NCBI RefSeq assembly: GCF_020745735.1 | Contig: NC_083446.1 | Span: 248,001 to 312,000, forward strand | Source of the DNA: Hemiscyllium ocellatum | Taxonomy: Eukaryota | Direction: 5' to 3' | Length of the DNA stretch: 64,000 bases | In this document: positions 36,673 to 48,828 of the stretch, in pieces | How positions within the stretch are numbered: position 1 is the first letter of the stretch | Layout: the number at the start of each line of letters is the position of its first letter | The notes under the pieces: generated by a model | Databases searched by the model: none | What the model was told of the DNA's origin: nothing | What the model saw: the letters and a program-made list of their open reading frames with translations, nothing else | Translations under genes and position numbers: made by a program

Positions 36673-39347
36673 GCCATGCTCTCTTGTCCTAGTTTCCCCT
36701 ATGAGTGGAAACATGCTCTCTATTTCTATTTCATCGATTCCCTTCGTACTTTTATATGTTTCTATAAGACCCCCCTTCATTCTTCTAAATTCCAATTAAT
36801 ATAATCCAAATCAACTTAGCCTCTCCTCATAAACCAACTCCCTCAATTCCAGAATCAACCTAATAAACTTCCTCCCTCTAGTGCCAGTACATCCTTTCTT
36901 AAGTAAGGAGGCCAAATCTGCACAAAGTACTACAGATATGGTCTCACCAGCACCTTGTACAGCTGTAACATACCTCTGCTTTTAATCTCAAACCCTTTAG
37001 CAATGAAGGACAAAATTCCATTTGCCTTCTGAATTACCTGTTGTATCTGCAGACCAAGTTCTGTGGTTCATGCACAAAGACACCCAGGTTCCTCTGCAAA
37101 TCAGCATGCTGCAACCTTTTATTATTCAAGTAATAATCTATTTTTCTGTTACTCCTACCAAAATACATAACCACATTTATTAATATTGTATTCCATCTGC
37201 CAGACCTTTGCCTACTCACTCAATGTGTCTATGTTCCTCTGCAAAGTTTCATAGTCGTAGAGATGTACAGCATGGAAACAGACCCTTTGGTCCAACCCGT
37301 CCATGCTGACCAGATATCCCAACCCAATCTAGTCCCACCTGCCAGCACCCGGCCCATATCCCTCCAAACCCTTCCTATTCATATACCCATCCAAATGCCT
37401 CTTAAATGTTGCAATTGTACCAGCCTCCACCACTTCCTCTGGCAACTCATTCCATACACGTAACACCATCGGCGTGAAAAAGTTGCCCCTTAGGTCTCTT
37501 TTATATCTTTCCCCTCTCACCCTAAACCTATGCCCTCTACTTCTCGACTCCCCAACCCCAGGGAGAAGACTTTGCCTATTTACCCTATCCATGCCCCTCA
37601 TAATTTTGTAAACCTCTATAAGGTCACCCCTCAGCATCCAACGCTCCAGGGAAAGCTGGAATCAAACCTGGGTCACTGGCACTCAGGGACAGCAGTGCTA
37701 ATCACTGAGCCACCGTGCCACCCTCAGAGGATCAATCCATGTGGAAGTAAGAAGATCAAGAGTTAGAAAACACTGGCACAACTAGTTCATAGACCACTGA
37801 CCAGTTAAAATATTGGACAGAGCTGTAAACAATAACTTACTGAGGCTTGTGAACAAAAGCAACGTGAAAATTGTCGTGGAGTTTAATCTTCATGGAGGCT
37901 GGGCCAAGCAAAAGTAGACAAGAAGATGGAATTATAGAATACTGTGTGACAATTTCTTGGAGCAACCCATTGTGGAATTGACAAGGGATAAAGCTATCTT
38001 CGATTTAGTATTGTGTAACAAAGAAGAATTATTTCGGAATGCTGCTGTAAAAGATCCACCAGGCAGTAATGATCACAGCACCATTGATTTCCATGTTAAG
38101 TTTGAAAGTGACAAGCTCTAAACAAACAAGAATTTTAAAGCTAATTACATTGGTATAAAAGGAGAACTGACTTAGGTTGACTGTAAATGAACAAGGAAAA
38201 TATTTAAAGAAATAATTCAAAATGTTCAATAAAAGTGAACATGTTCAATTGAATAACAAAAATTCAGTAAGAAAGACCCATCCATGGCTCACTCAGGAAA
38301 TTAATGATACTTCAAGGTTTGGGGCTTCTCATTCAAGGTAAGGATTATGTTAGTTTAAAGAAGAGGCTCATAATATTATAAAATTAAACAAGTCGGAGAA
38401 ATGTGAGTGTTTCAGAACCCAGCAAAGGGACAGCAAAAAAAGTAATAAACAAGGGGGAAAATGGTATGTGAGGGTGAACTAGCCACAGATAGAAGGAGAG
38501 ATTGTAAGAACTTTTAGAAGAATGTAAAAGAGAGGAGCTAAAAAGAAACATTGGTGCCTTGGAGCTGAGACATGATAAATTATTGTGGGGAATGAGTAAA
38601 TGGCTGAAGTATTGAAGAAATATATTCTGCCTGTCTCCACAGCAAAAGACATACGGTCCATTTCAGAAATAAACAGTAACCTAAGAGTTAAAAAGAGTGA
38701 GGAAAAAGTCAATATTAACAGGAAAAGAAATGGAGAAACTGAGGGGGCAAAATCTGATGAATCCATAGGACCAAGTGTCCTATGCTCGGGCTCAAAAAAG
38801 ATGTGGCTGCAGTGATGGTGATATGTTGAATGAATAGTCCCATCAGATTGGAAGTTGGCAAATGTTACACTGCTTTTCAAGAAAGAATGGACAGAGAAAG
38901 AGAATGGAAGAAAAGGAGAGTGGGGGAGAGAGAGAGCAAGAAAGAGAGAGAGTTGGGGAGAGAGAGAGTGGGAGAGAGAGTGGGGGGAGGGGTGGGGGAG
39001 AGAGAGAATGGGGAACCACAGTTCACTGGGCCTGACCCCAGCTGTTGAAAATGCTGGAATTTGTTTTTGAAGAAGTGTTAAAAATGCACTTACAAAAGCA
39101 AAGTATAATGTAGACTCTACATTTTTTATTTGACTTCCACTTTTGAATGGGAATTGATTTGGTAAAAGGACTGTTAGAACAAAAGACTGAGGATTCTTCA
39201 CCAGTTCACACTGACGCTGAGACTGAAGGAGTTCCCAGCTGTTATTATTGTCAAATGGGTGTTTTGATGAAGAAGTGTATATTTCTCAGAGATCTGTGGA
39301 TTAAGAATGGATGATTATTTAACAAGTGGTGGTACCATTCAGATATT

Positions 39348-39660
39348 AGGGGAGGTGATGGCCTACTGGCAATATCTCCAGGTAATTAATCCAAGGATCC
39401 AGGCAGTGTTCTGGGACCTGGGTTCAAATCCTACCATGGTAGAATTTGAATCCAATAAAAATCTGGAATTAGGAGTCTAATGATGACCATGAATCCCTTG
39501 CCAATTGTTAGGAAAAACCCAGTTAGATCACTAATGACATTTTAGAGAAGGAAACCGCCTATGGGTGACACCAGAACCATGTCTCTTAACTGCCCTCTGG
39601 GCAATTAGAGATAGGCAATAAACGTAGTTATACCCAATGACACCCTCATATCATGAATCT
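39348..39660 (+). mobile_element. Second tRNA-derived SINE family sharing its 3' tail with the family B LINE (another decayed copy at ~30660-30960, -)
   Basis: A-box-like tggcctactgg, B-box GGTTCAAATCC, tail gggcaattagagataggcaataaa...catgaat. Confidence 0.65.
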
Positions 39661-39789
39661 TTTTTTAAAATTGCAAATAGATATCGCAAGTGACACGAAA
39701 TTCCAAAAGCAGGTCATGTAGGAAAATGCAGGCATCAATAAATAGGTATTTTATAAAGTCAGGATTTCATGAAGATGTAGTGTAGGTCT

Positions 39790-41469
39790 GTGGAAGACAT
39801 GAGTAATATCCCAAAAATTAAAGGGAGTCACAGGGCTGAGTTGAGTATGGTTGCCATTACGAAAGAGATAGTGCTAGAAAAGTTAAAAGGTCTTAAAATT
39901 GATAAATCTCCTGGCCCCGATGGGATACACTCTAGAGTTCTGAGAGAGGTGGCTGAGGAAATAGCAGAGGCATTGGTTGAGATCTTTCAAGAGTCACTGG
40001 AGTCAGGAAAGGTCCCAGATGATTGGAAGATGGCTGTTGTAACCCCCTTGTTCAAGAAAGGATCAAGGCAAAAGATGGAAAATTATAGGCCAATCAGTTT
40101 AACCTCGGTTGTTGGTAAAATTCTAGAATCCATCATTAAGGATGAGGTTACTAAATTCTTGGAAGAGCAGAGTCTGATTAGAACAAGTCAACATGGATTT
40201 AGTAAGGGGAGGTCATGCCTGACAAACCTGTTGGAGTTTTTTGAAGAGGTAACAAGTAGGTTAGACCAGGGAAACCCAGTGGATGTGGTCTATCTAGACT
40301 TTCAAAAGGCCTTTGATAAGGTGCCACACGGGAGGCTGCTGAGCAAGGTGAGGGCCCATGGTGTTCGAGGTGAGCTGCTGGGATGGATTGAGGATTGGCT
40401 GTCTAACAGAAGGCAGAGAGTTGGAATAAAAGGTTCTTTTTCAGAATGGCAGCCGGTGACGAGCGGTGTCCCGCAGGGTTCGGTGTTGGGGCCACAGCTA
40501 TTCGCATTATATATTAATGATTTGGATGAGGGGACTGGGGGCATTCTAGCGAAGTTTGCCGATGATACGAAGTTAGGTGGACAGGCAGGTAGTACTGAGG
40601 AAGTGGGGAGGCTACAGAAGGATCTAGACAGGCTGGGAGAGTGGTCCAGGAAATGGCTGATGGAATTTAACGTGAGCAAGTGCGAGGTCTTGCACTTTGG
40701 CAAAAAGAATAAAAGCATAGACTACTTTCTAAATGGTGAGAAAATTAGTAAAGCCAAAGTACAAAGGGATCTGGGAGTGCTAGTCGAGGATTCTCTAAAG
40801 GTAAACATGCAGGTTGAGTCCGTGATTAAGAAAGCAAATGCAATGTTGTCTCTTATCTCAAGAGGGTTGGAATATAAAAACAGAGATGTGCTACTGAGAC
40901 TCTATAAAGCTCTGGTTAGGCCCCATTTGGAGTACTGTGTCCAGTTTTGGTCCCCACACCTCAGGAAGGACATACTGGCACTGAAGCGTGTCCAGCAGAG
41001 ATTCACACGGATGATCCCTGGAATGGCAGGTCTAACATATGAGGAACGGCTGAGGATCCTGGGATTGTATTCGTTGGAGTTTAGAAGATTGAGGGGAGAC
41101 TTAATAGAGACGTACAAGATAATACATGGCTTGGAAAAGGTGGACGCTAGGAAATTGTTTCCGTTAGGTGAGGAGACTAGGACCCGTGGACACAGCCTTA
41201 GAATTAGAGGGGGTCAATTCAGAACAGAAATGCGGAGACATTTCTTCAGCCAGAGAGTGGTGGGCCTGTGGGATTCATTGCCACGGAGTGCAGTGGAGGC
41301 CGGGACGCTAAATGTCTTCAAGGCCGAGATCGATAGATTCTTGTTGTCTCGAGGAATTAATGCTGGTAAGTGGAGTTGAAATGCCAATCAGCCATGATTG
41401 AATGGTGGAGTGGACTCGATGGGCCGAATGGCCTTACTTCCACTCCTATGTCTTATGGGCTTATGGTCT
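39790..41469 (+). mobile_element. Young 5'-truncated CR1 LINE with an uninterrupted 529-codon reverse-transcriptase ORF (39790-41379)
   Basis: KSPGPDG, NYRPISL, QHGF, YLDFQKAFD, GVPQGSVLGP, FADD motifs with no stops or frameshifts; no APE endonuclease domain; CTTATG-type tail at ~41445-41469. Confidence 0.96.
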
Positions 41470-42900
41470 GGAGTTTCTTTATCAGAGCCAACAGAAAAGC
41501 TTGATGAGGGTAATGCTGTTAATGTGGTATACATGAATGCATTTGATACTGTCCACAACAGTTACAAGTCATCGATTTAAAATAGTCGGTAGCAACATGG
41601 ATACAAAATGGGCTGAGTGATAGGAAAGAGTCATAGAGATGTACAGCATGGAAACAGACCCTTCGGTCCAACCCTCCATGCCAACCAGATATCCCAACCC
41701 AATCTAGTCCCACCTACCAGCACCCGGCCCATATCCCTCCAAACCCTTTCTAATCATATACCCATCCAGATGCCTTTTAAATGTTGCAGTTGCACCAGCC
41801 TCCACCACTTCCTCTGGCAGCTTATTCCATACATGTACCACCCTCTGAGTGAAAACGTTGCCTCTCAGGTCTCTTTTATATCTTTCCCATCTAGTTCTGG
41901 ACTCTCCACGCTTGGGAAAAGACTTTGTCTATTTACCCTATCCATGCCCCTCATAATTTTGTAAACCTCCGACGCTCCAGGGAAAACAGCCCCAGCCTGT
42001 TCAGCCTTTCCCTGTAGCTCAAATCCTCTAACCCTGGCAATAGCCTTGTAAATCTTTTCTGAACCCTTTCAAGTTTCACAACATCCTTCTGATATGAAGG
42101 AGACCAGAATTGTACACAATATTCCAACAGGAGCCTAACCGCTGTCCTGAACAGCCGCAACATGACCTCCCAACTCCTGTACTAAATACTCTGACCAATA
42201 AAGGAAAGCATACCAAATGCCTTCTTCACTATCCTATCTACCTGCAACTCCACTTTCAAGGAGCTATGAACCTGCACTCCAAGGTCTCTTTGTTCAGCAA
42301 CTCTCCCTAGGACCTTACCATTAAGTTTACAAGTCCTACTAAGATATGCTTTCCCAAAATGCAGCACCTCACATTTATCTAAATTAAACTCCATCTGCCA
42401 CTTCTCAGCCCATTGGTCTACCTGATCAAGATCCTGTTGTAATCGGAGGTAACCTTCTTCATTGTCCACGATAGCTCCAATTTTGGTGTCATCAGCAAAC
42501 ATACTAACTATATCTCTTACATTCACATCCAAATCATTTACATAAATGATGAAAAGTAGAGGACCCAGCATCAATCCTTGCAGCACTCCACTGGCAACAG
42601 GCCTCCAGTCTGAAAAGCAACCCTCCACCACTACCCTGTCTTCTACCTTTGAGCCAGTTCTGCATCCAAATAGTGAGTACTCCCTGTATTCTGTGAGATC
42701 TAACCTTGCTCACCAGCCTCCCATGGGGAACCTTGTCAAAAACCTTACTGAAGTCCACATAGATCACATCTACCATTCTGCCCTCATCAATCCTCAGTGT
42801 TACTTCTTCAAAAAACTCAAATCAAGTTTGCGAGACATGAATTCCCACTCACAAAGCCATGTTGACTATCCCGAATCAGTCCTTGCCTTTCCAAATACAT

Positions 42901-42995
42901 ACTGAAAATGTGTTGCTGGTTAAAGCGCAGCAGGTCAGGCAGCATCCAAGGAACAGGAAATTCGACGTTTCGGGCAAAAGCCCTTCATCAGGAAT
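42901..42995 (-). mobile_element. ~95-bp PLE-terminus insertion inside CR1, flanked by an AATACAT direct repeat
   Basis: AATACAT at 42894-42900 and 42993-42999; the body matches the arm of 36480-36672. Confidence 0.82.
42960..42995 (-). ncRNA. Minimal type-I hammerhead ribozyme motif (intact consensus)
   Basis: Minus strand AUUC-CUGAUGA-A-GGGC(UUUU)GCCC-GAAA-CG-UC/GAAU; stem I AUUC:GAAU pairs perfectly. Confidence 0.82.
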
Positions 42996-43209
42996 ACATG
43001 AACATCCTGAGAGAGTAACTGTCAATCAATATTTCTTGGCCTGGAGGAACGGTTGCAGTGCAATTCCCCAGGGGTCAGTATGGTTACCCTTGCTTAACTT
43101 GATGTATATTAATGATCTGGATCTTGGTGTGTAGCAGTCAGTTTCAAAGTTTGTAGGTTATGCGAAACTTGGGAGAACTGCAAACTGTGAGGAGAACAAG
43201 GTGGAACTT

Positions 43210-44410
43210 CAGATGGACATTGACGGGTGGGTGGAGTGGGTGAATTGGTGACGGATGGACATTGACGGGTGGGTGGAGTGGGTGAATTGGTGACAGATGG
43301 ACATTGACGGGTGGGTGGAGTGGGTGAATCGGTAACAGATGGACATTGACGGGTGGGTGGAGTGGGTGAATCGGTGACAGATGGACATTGACGGGTGGGT
43401 GGAGTGGGTGAATTGGTGACGGATGGACATTGACGGGTGGGTGGAGTGGGTGAATCGGTGACAGATGGACATTGACGGGTGGGTGGAGTGGGTGAATCGG
43501 TGACAGATGGACATTGACGGGTGGGTGGAGTGGGTGAATCGGTGACAGATGGACATTGACGGGTGGGTGAATCGGTGACGGATGGACATTGACGGGTGGG
43601 TGGAGTGGGTGAATTGGTGACAGATGGACATTGACGGGTGGGTGGAGTGGGTGAATCGGTGACAGATGGACATTGACGGGTGGGTGGAGTGGGTGAATTG
43701 GTGACAGATGGACATTGACGGGCTGGTGGAGTGGGTGAATTGGTGACGGATGGACATTGACGGGTGGGTGGAGTGGGTGAATTGGTGACGGATGGACATT
43801 GACGGGTGGGTGGAGTGGGTGAATTGGTGACGGATGGACATTGACGGGTGGGTGGAGTGGGTGAATCGGTAACAGATGGACATTGACGGGTGGGTGGAGT
43901 GGGTGAATCGGTAACGGATGGACATTGACGGGTGGGTGGAGTGGGTGAATTGGTGACGGATGGACATTGACGGGTGGGTGGAGTGGGTGAATCGGTGACG
44001 GATGGACATTGACGGGTGGGTGGAGTGGGTGAATCGGTAACAGATGGACATTGACGGGCTGGTGGAGTGGGTGAATCGGTGACAGATGGACATTGACGGG
44101 TGGGTGGAGTGGGTGAATCGGTGACGGATGGACATTGACGGGTGGGTGGAGTGGGTGAATCGGTGACAGATGGACATTGACGGGTGGGTGGAGTGGGTGA
44201 ATTGGTGACGGATGGACATTGACGGGTGGGTGGAGTGGGTGAATCGGTGACAGATGGACATTGACGGGTGGGTGGAGTGGGTGAATTGGTGACAGATGGA
44301 CATTGACGGGTGGGTGGAGTGGGTGAATTGGTGACGGATGGACATTGACGGGTGGGTGGAGTGGGTGAATTGGTGACGGATGGACATTGACGGGCTGGTG
44401 GAGTGGATGA
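43210..44410. repeat. 42-bp minisatellite (CAGATGGACATTGACGGGTGGGTGGAGTGGGTGAATCGGTGA)n, ~28 copies
   Basis: Direct periodicity (14-aa ORF repeats); embedded in CR1 RT sequence. Confidence 0.97.
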
Positions 44411-44610
44411 TAGATGAAGAGAAATATGAGGTGATACACCTTGGTCAGGAGAATGTTGAAAGACAATATAAAATAGGAGGTACAATTCTAAAAGGGGTGC
44501 AGGAGCAGAGGGACCTGAGGGTACATGTGCACAGGTCACTGAAGGTGGCAGGGCAGGTGGGGAAAGCAGTTAATAAAATATACAATGTCCTCAAGGCTTT
44601 TTAAATTAGT

Positions 44611-44922
44611 GGGTGGCACGGTGGCAACAGTGGTTAGCACTGCTACCTCACAGCGCCAGAGAACAGGGTTCAATTCCTGCCTCAGGCGACTGACTGTGTG
44701 GAGTTTTCACGTTCTCCCCGTGTCTGCGTGGGTTTCCTCCGGGTGCTCCGGTTTCCTCCCACAGTCCAAAGATGTGCGGGTCAGGTGAATTGGCCATGCT
44801 AAATTGCCCGTAGTGTTAGGTAAGGGGTAAATGTAGGGGTATGGGTGGGTTGCGCTTCGGCCGGTCGGTGTGGACTTGTTGGGCCAAAGGGCCTGTTTCC
44901 ACACTGTAAGTAATCTAATCTA
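44611..44922 (+). mobile_element. HE1-like V-SINE
   Basis: Highly similar to 10468-10787. Confidence 0.92.
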
Positions 44923-45969
44923 AAAAAAATTTAGGGTCGTAGATGACAAGAACAAGGAGATGATGTGAACTGAATTGAGGCACTGGTTAGATCTCATCTG
45001 GAGTATTGTGTACAGTTGGGCTCAAAATTATAGGCAAGATGTTATAAAGCATTGGAGAGAGTGCTGTAGTGAGTTACAGAAATTCACAAGAATGGCTCCA
45101 GAGATGAGAAACTTCAGCTATGAGCATAGTTTGGAGAGTTTGGGAATAGGCTGAGATCTGATAGAAGTTTTCAGAGTAATCAGAGATCTGCATACAGTAG
45201 CTGTACTGCTTCCATATAAAAAAGTGAGAATGAGAGCTCACAACCTGAAAGTACTTTGTAAAAGAAGAAAATGTGAGGAAAAACTGTTTCACTCGACAAG
45301 GATATAGGGATGGAGTGCATTGACTGGAACTGTGGTGGAGGCAGGTTCAATTTGAGATGGCATTGGATGATTATTTGGATCGAAATGGGATGCAGGAATA
45401 TGGGAACAATGCTTATTTGAAGAGTCAACGTATGGAGGAGGGGCCGAATGGTCTCTTTCTGCAGTTCAATCATTGTGTGACTTGTGGATAGGTATCAGCT
45501 TTTGCACAATGAGGAGTCAGGAATAAAAAAGCCAGCAGAGGATTTCTCGAAGAAACTAAAGCAGGATGGTAAGAAATACTCTACAGTAGAAAATGAGACT
45601 TTGAGATTGTAAATAGTTCTCCAAACTTTTGAAGTCTAGGTCTGACACAATAACAGAGAGAAACACTGATCTTAATCCACTGGCTTTCACTCAAAAGGTT
45701 TAAACTCAAAATATGAGACTGTTTAGACAAAGTCTTCCATTTCAATCATTTACTGTAAAGATGATTCACATTGCTGGCAAAGATCTTCAAACTGCAGAGG
45801 AATTGTCCAGAGAGTGAAACGACAGGTTCTGTTAAAGGTTTAGGAAATACCCAGATTGTATAAAATTATTTGGTTGGGTGATGAGGAACATGAGATAAAT
45901 GAATGCAATAATATGGTGTTACTTCTGTACAATGTCTTGTGACAAAATGCATTTTTGAAATGGTTTTAT

Positions 45970-46300
45970 CTTCGGCCCATCAAGTCTGCTTCGCCATTCA
46001 ATCATGTCTGATAGGTTTCTCAACTCCATTCGCCTGCTTTCTCCCTGTAACCCCTGATACTTAAGAACTGGTCTATCTCTGCCTTAAATATATTCAATAA
46101 CCTGGCCTCCAGAGTATTCTGTGGCAATGAATTCCATAGATCCACCACTCTGGCTGAAGACGTTTCTCCTCCTCTCCTTTCTAAAAGGGTCTTCCCTTTA
46201 CTTTAAAGTTGTGCCCTCAGGTCCTTGTCTCTCTGGTTAGTGGAGACATCTCAACATCCTCTGTCCAGGCCTTTTGGTATTCTGTAAGTTTCAATTAGAT
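45970..46300 (-). mobile_element. CR1 3' end fragment
   Basis: Reverse complement reads ...agccagagtggtggatctatggaattcattgccac..., as in 41245-41285. Confidence 0.75.
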
Positions 46301-47277
46301 CTGGTAAGGTTGGAGGTCTCTAAAGACCACATCACTTCACTTTTGATAGGGGACTGAATTAGGAAAAGAACCATTTTGTTTAAAAGACAGGGAATGGAAC
46401 TGCTGACCTATTAAAAGGCAAGCTGCTGTAACTCATGTTTTGTGAGCAGTGGGGATAATGCAAATCAATAGCAGGGCACTAGAGATGTGTACAAAGTGAG
46501 ACTTGGTCAGCAAGAGAGCGCTGATTGGTTTCAGAGTAGGTGACAGCATGTGGGTATGAACCACACAGTGAGAAACTGTCAGACCCCTCTCTCACCTGAA
46601 GCTAAATAGAAAATGGATATTTTAACCCAAGCTGTCAGCTGTTCCTTTTAACCAATAAGCCAGAGTCTTTAGAATTTGCGAACAAATTGCTGAGTGCCTC
46701 CTTTAGAAGCATAAAAAACCCCCAAAGGAACGCCTTCAGAAACAGAAGGCAGACACTTAATTGAATCTCAAAGATTAGTGTAGCTGAAATATTTCCTCAG
46801 TACCTTTTCCTCTTCCATCCATTACACCAGTGTTTTTCTGACTGCATGCATGGGTGTGGTTTATAGTTCTTTGTAGTTGTTTACCAGGGGTGAGAATGTA
46901 TTGTCTGCAAATAGTAAATAGCCATTCTTACCGAGTACTATGACTGCAGCATAAGTCTTCCTCGGCATTCAGGGAGACCTTCAAATACTCAGCACCTACT
47001 GTAAACTTTGTGAAACCCCTCTCTGGACACAAATCCAAAGTTTCCATCTCCAAAATAAACCAATGTGCTCTCTTCAAGATAATATATCTGTTTTTTTCTG
47101 TTAATAAGATGAACTATTTCCAATGGTTGAGGATTTTGAAACCATTGGCATAGTCTGACAATGAAGGCTAGACTGTTCAGGAGTGATATTAGGATGTACT
47201 TCAACACACAAAGGGTGAGAAATTTAGAACGCTCTTCCATGAACAGCAGTCCTTGCAAGATCAGTTAAATTTAAATA

Positions 47278-47690
47278 AGGTGGCATGTGGCTCAGTGGTT
47301 AGCACTACTGCCTCACAGCACCAGGAACATAGGTTCGATTCCAGCCTCTGGCAACTGTCTGTGTGGAGTTTGCACATTCTCATGTCTGCGTGGGTTTCTT
47401 CTAGGTGTTCACATTTCTTCCCACAATCCAAAAGGTATGCAAGAGAGATGCCTATGCTAAATTGCCCATAGTGTTCAGGGATGTGAAGGTTAAATGCATT
47501 AGGCAGGGGTAAATGTGGGATAATAGGCTAGGGGACCGGGTCTGCATTAGGCAGGGGTAAATGCATTAGGCTGGGGTAAATGTGGGATAATAGGCTAGGG
47601 GACCGGGTCTGGGTGGGTTACTCTTCAGAAAGTCGGTGTGAATGTTTAGAGCAGAAGGGCCTGTTCCACACTGTAGGGGATTCGATGAAA
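47278..47690 (+). mobile_element. Older V-SINE copy with an internal duplication
   Basis: gtggctcagtggttagcactactgcctcacagc...ctgtgtggagtttgcac...gaagggcctgttccacactgtag. Confidence 0.85.
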
Positions 47691-47891
47691 TCTGAGAAAT
47701 ACGATTGCTTGTTCATCAAAAAAGGGCCAAAGGCACATTTGAGAGTCACTCACAGCACAGAAACAAACCCTTCCATCCAACTAGTCCATGCTGAACATAA
47801 TCCCAAAGTAAAGTGCCTGCTTCTGGCCCATATCCTTCCAAACCTTTCCTATTCAGATACTTATCGAAGTTAGAATCATACAATCCAGGTA

Positions 47892-48032
47892 CAGAACAAC
47901 CTCACTTATCCAAACGAGACCGGCGTGGAGTATTTTGTTTGGATAATGATAACGTTTTTACAGGACCTGGAGATCTTGTTCAGATAATCCAATATTTGGA
48001 TAACTGATGTTCGGATAACAGAGATTGTTCTG
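47892..48032. mobile_element. Tc1/mariner (Tigger/pogo-like) MITE, 141 bp
   Basis: 24-bp TIRs CAGAACAACCTCACTTATCCAAAC / CAGAACAATCTCTGTTATCCGAAC (4 mismatches) and TA on both flanks. Confidence 0.82.
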
Positions 48033-48822
48033 TATATGGAAGTTAGCCACAGGCTAGCCACGATCCCCTTGACTGGTAGAACAGGCTCTAGGGCTGACCA
48101 GCCTACTCCTATATTAACAATGGATGGGGCAAGTTCATTATTGACAATTTAACACCGATGAAACCTGGAGTAAAGACTTGGTCATAGAGGACCCTCCCGT
48201 CAAATAAATACTTCGTCTCATCGCCATATCCAGTCAAAAGAGTCACAACTATCTAAAAATGCAACATTTTATGAATATTCAGTTCATTAGCCAATTCCTC
48301 ACCCATTCTGATCATGTGACCTCCAACCAAATCAGCCTGAATGCTGTGGGACAATCTTGGGTCACACCTTAAAATGACTTTTGAAAATCTGAATAAACTA
48401 CGTCAACTAGTTTCCCCTTATCCACCCTGAAGATTACAACTGCAAAAGAAAGATTTAAGCAGAAATGCAAAACCCATTTGAGACACCAGCGGTCAGAAAC
48501 TCTGTCACTAAACCTCCACCAACAAATCAACTCCTCCTCAGAATGTGCACTTATGTGGTATCTTTAAAAACCTCTGTCCTAACTGATGGTAAACAGTGAT
48601 GAGGGCACTGAAGTACCTGTTTGCATTGTTGGATACACAGCCAAATTGAACATTGCAAGCTCCTACAACCACAATAAGGTCAGTAGCCAGTTAATGTACT
48701 TGACTGAGGGGTTGGCCTTTTCTGAGAGTGATTCTCCCTCTGTACTGGCCCAGTGGGAAACCTTCAGACTCAATAATGAAAACAAAAAAGGTCTTTTGAT
48801 CAGGAACCTTCTTTCAAAATTA

Positions 48823-48828
48823 TTTATT
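48823..48828 (-). terminator. Probable SLC3A2 poly(A) signal
   Basis: AATAAA on the minus strand ~500 nt downstream of the stop. Confidence 0.6.

Larger units (their letters stand above)
36185..37650 (-). mobile_element. Two adjacent CR1 3' fragments (36185-37250 and 37250-37650)
   Basis: GLKIRGSRFTTELRRNVFTHR and LRGDLIEVYKIMRG...SRGHRFRV...WNELP motifs. Confidence 0.88.
41628..43010 (-). mobile_element. CR1 (HER1-like) fragment, RT to 3' tail
   Basis: YVDFSKVFDKV, GVLQGLMLGP, FADD, LEYCVQFWSP in frameshifted ORFs. Confidence 0.93.
37750..45470 (+). mobile_element. Old near-full-length CR1 scaffold fragmented by at least five nested insertions or expansions
   Basis: Colinear decayed ORF2 motifs on +: AIFDLVLCN (~38000), LDEGNAVNVVYM (~41500), IPQGSVW..INDLD (~43070), DLRVHV (~44510), EYCVQ (~45000), 3' tail (~45440). 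Confidence 0.7.

Noticed and set aside
43109-44539. Mucin-like 476/440/392-aa ORFs
   Set aside because: 42-bp minisatellite open in all three minus-strand frames; derived from CR1
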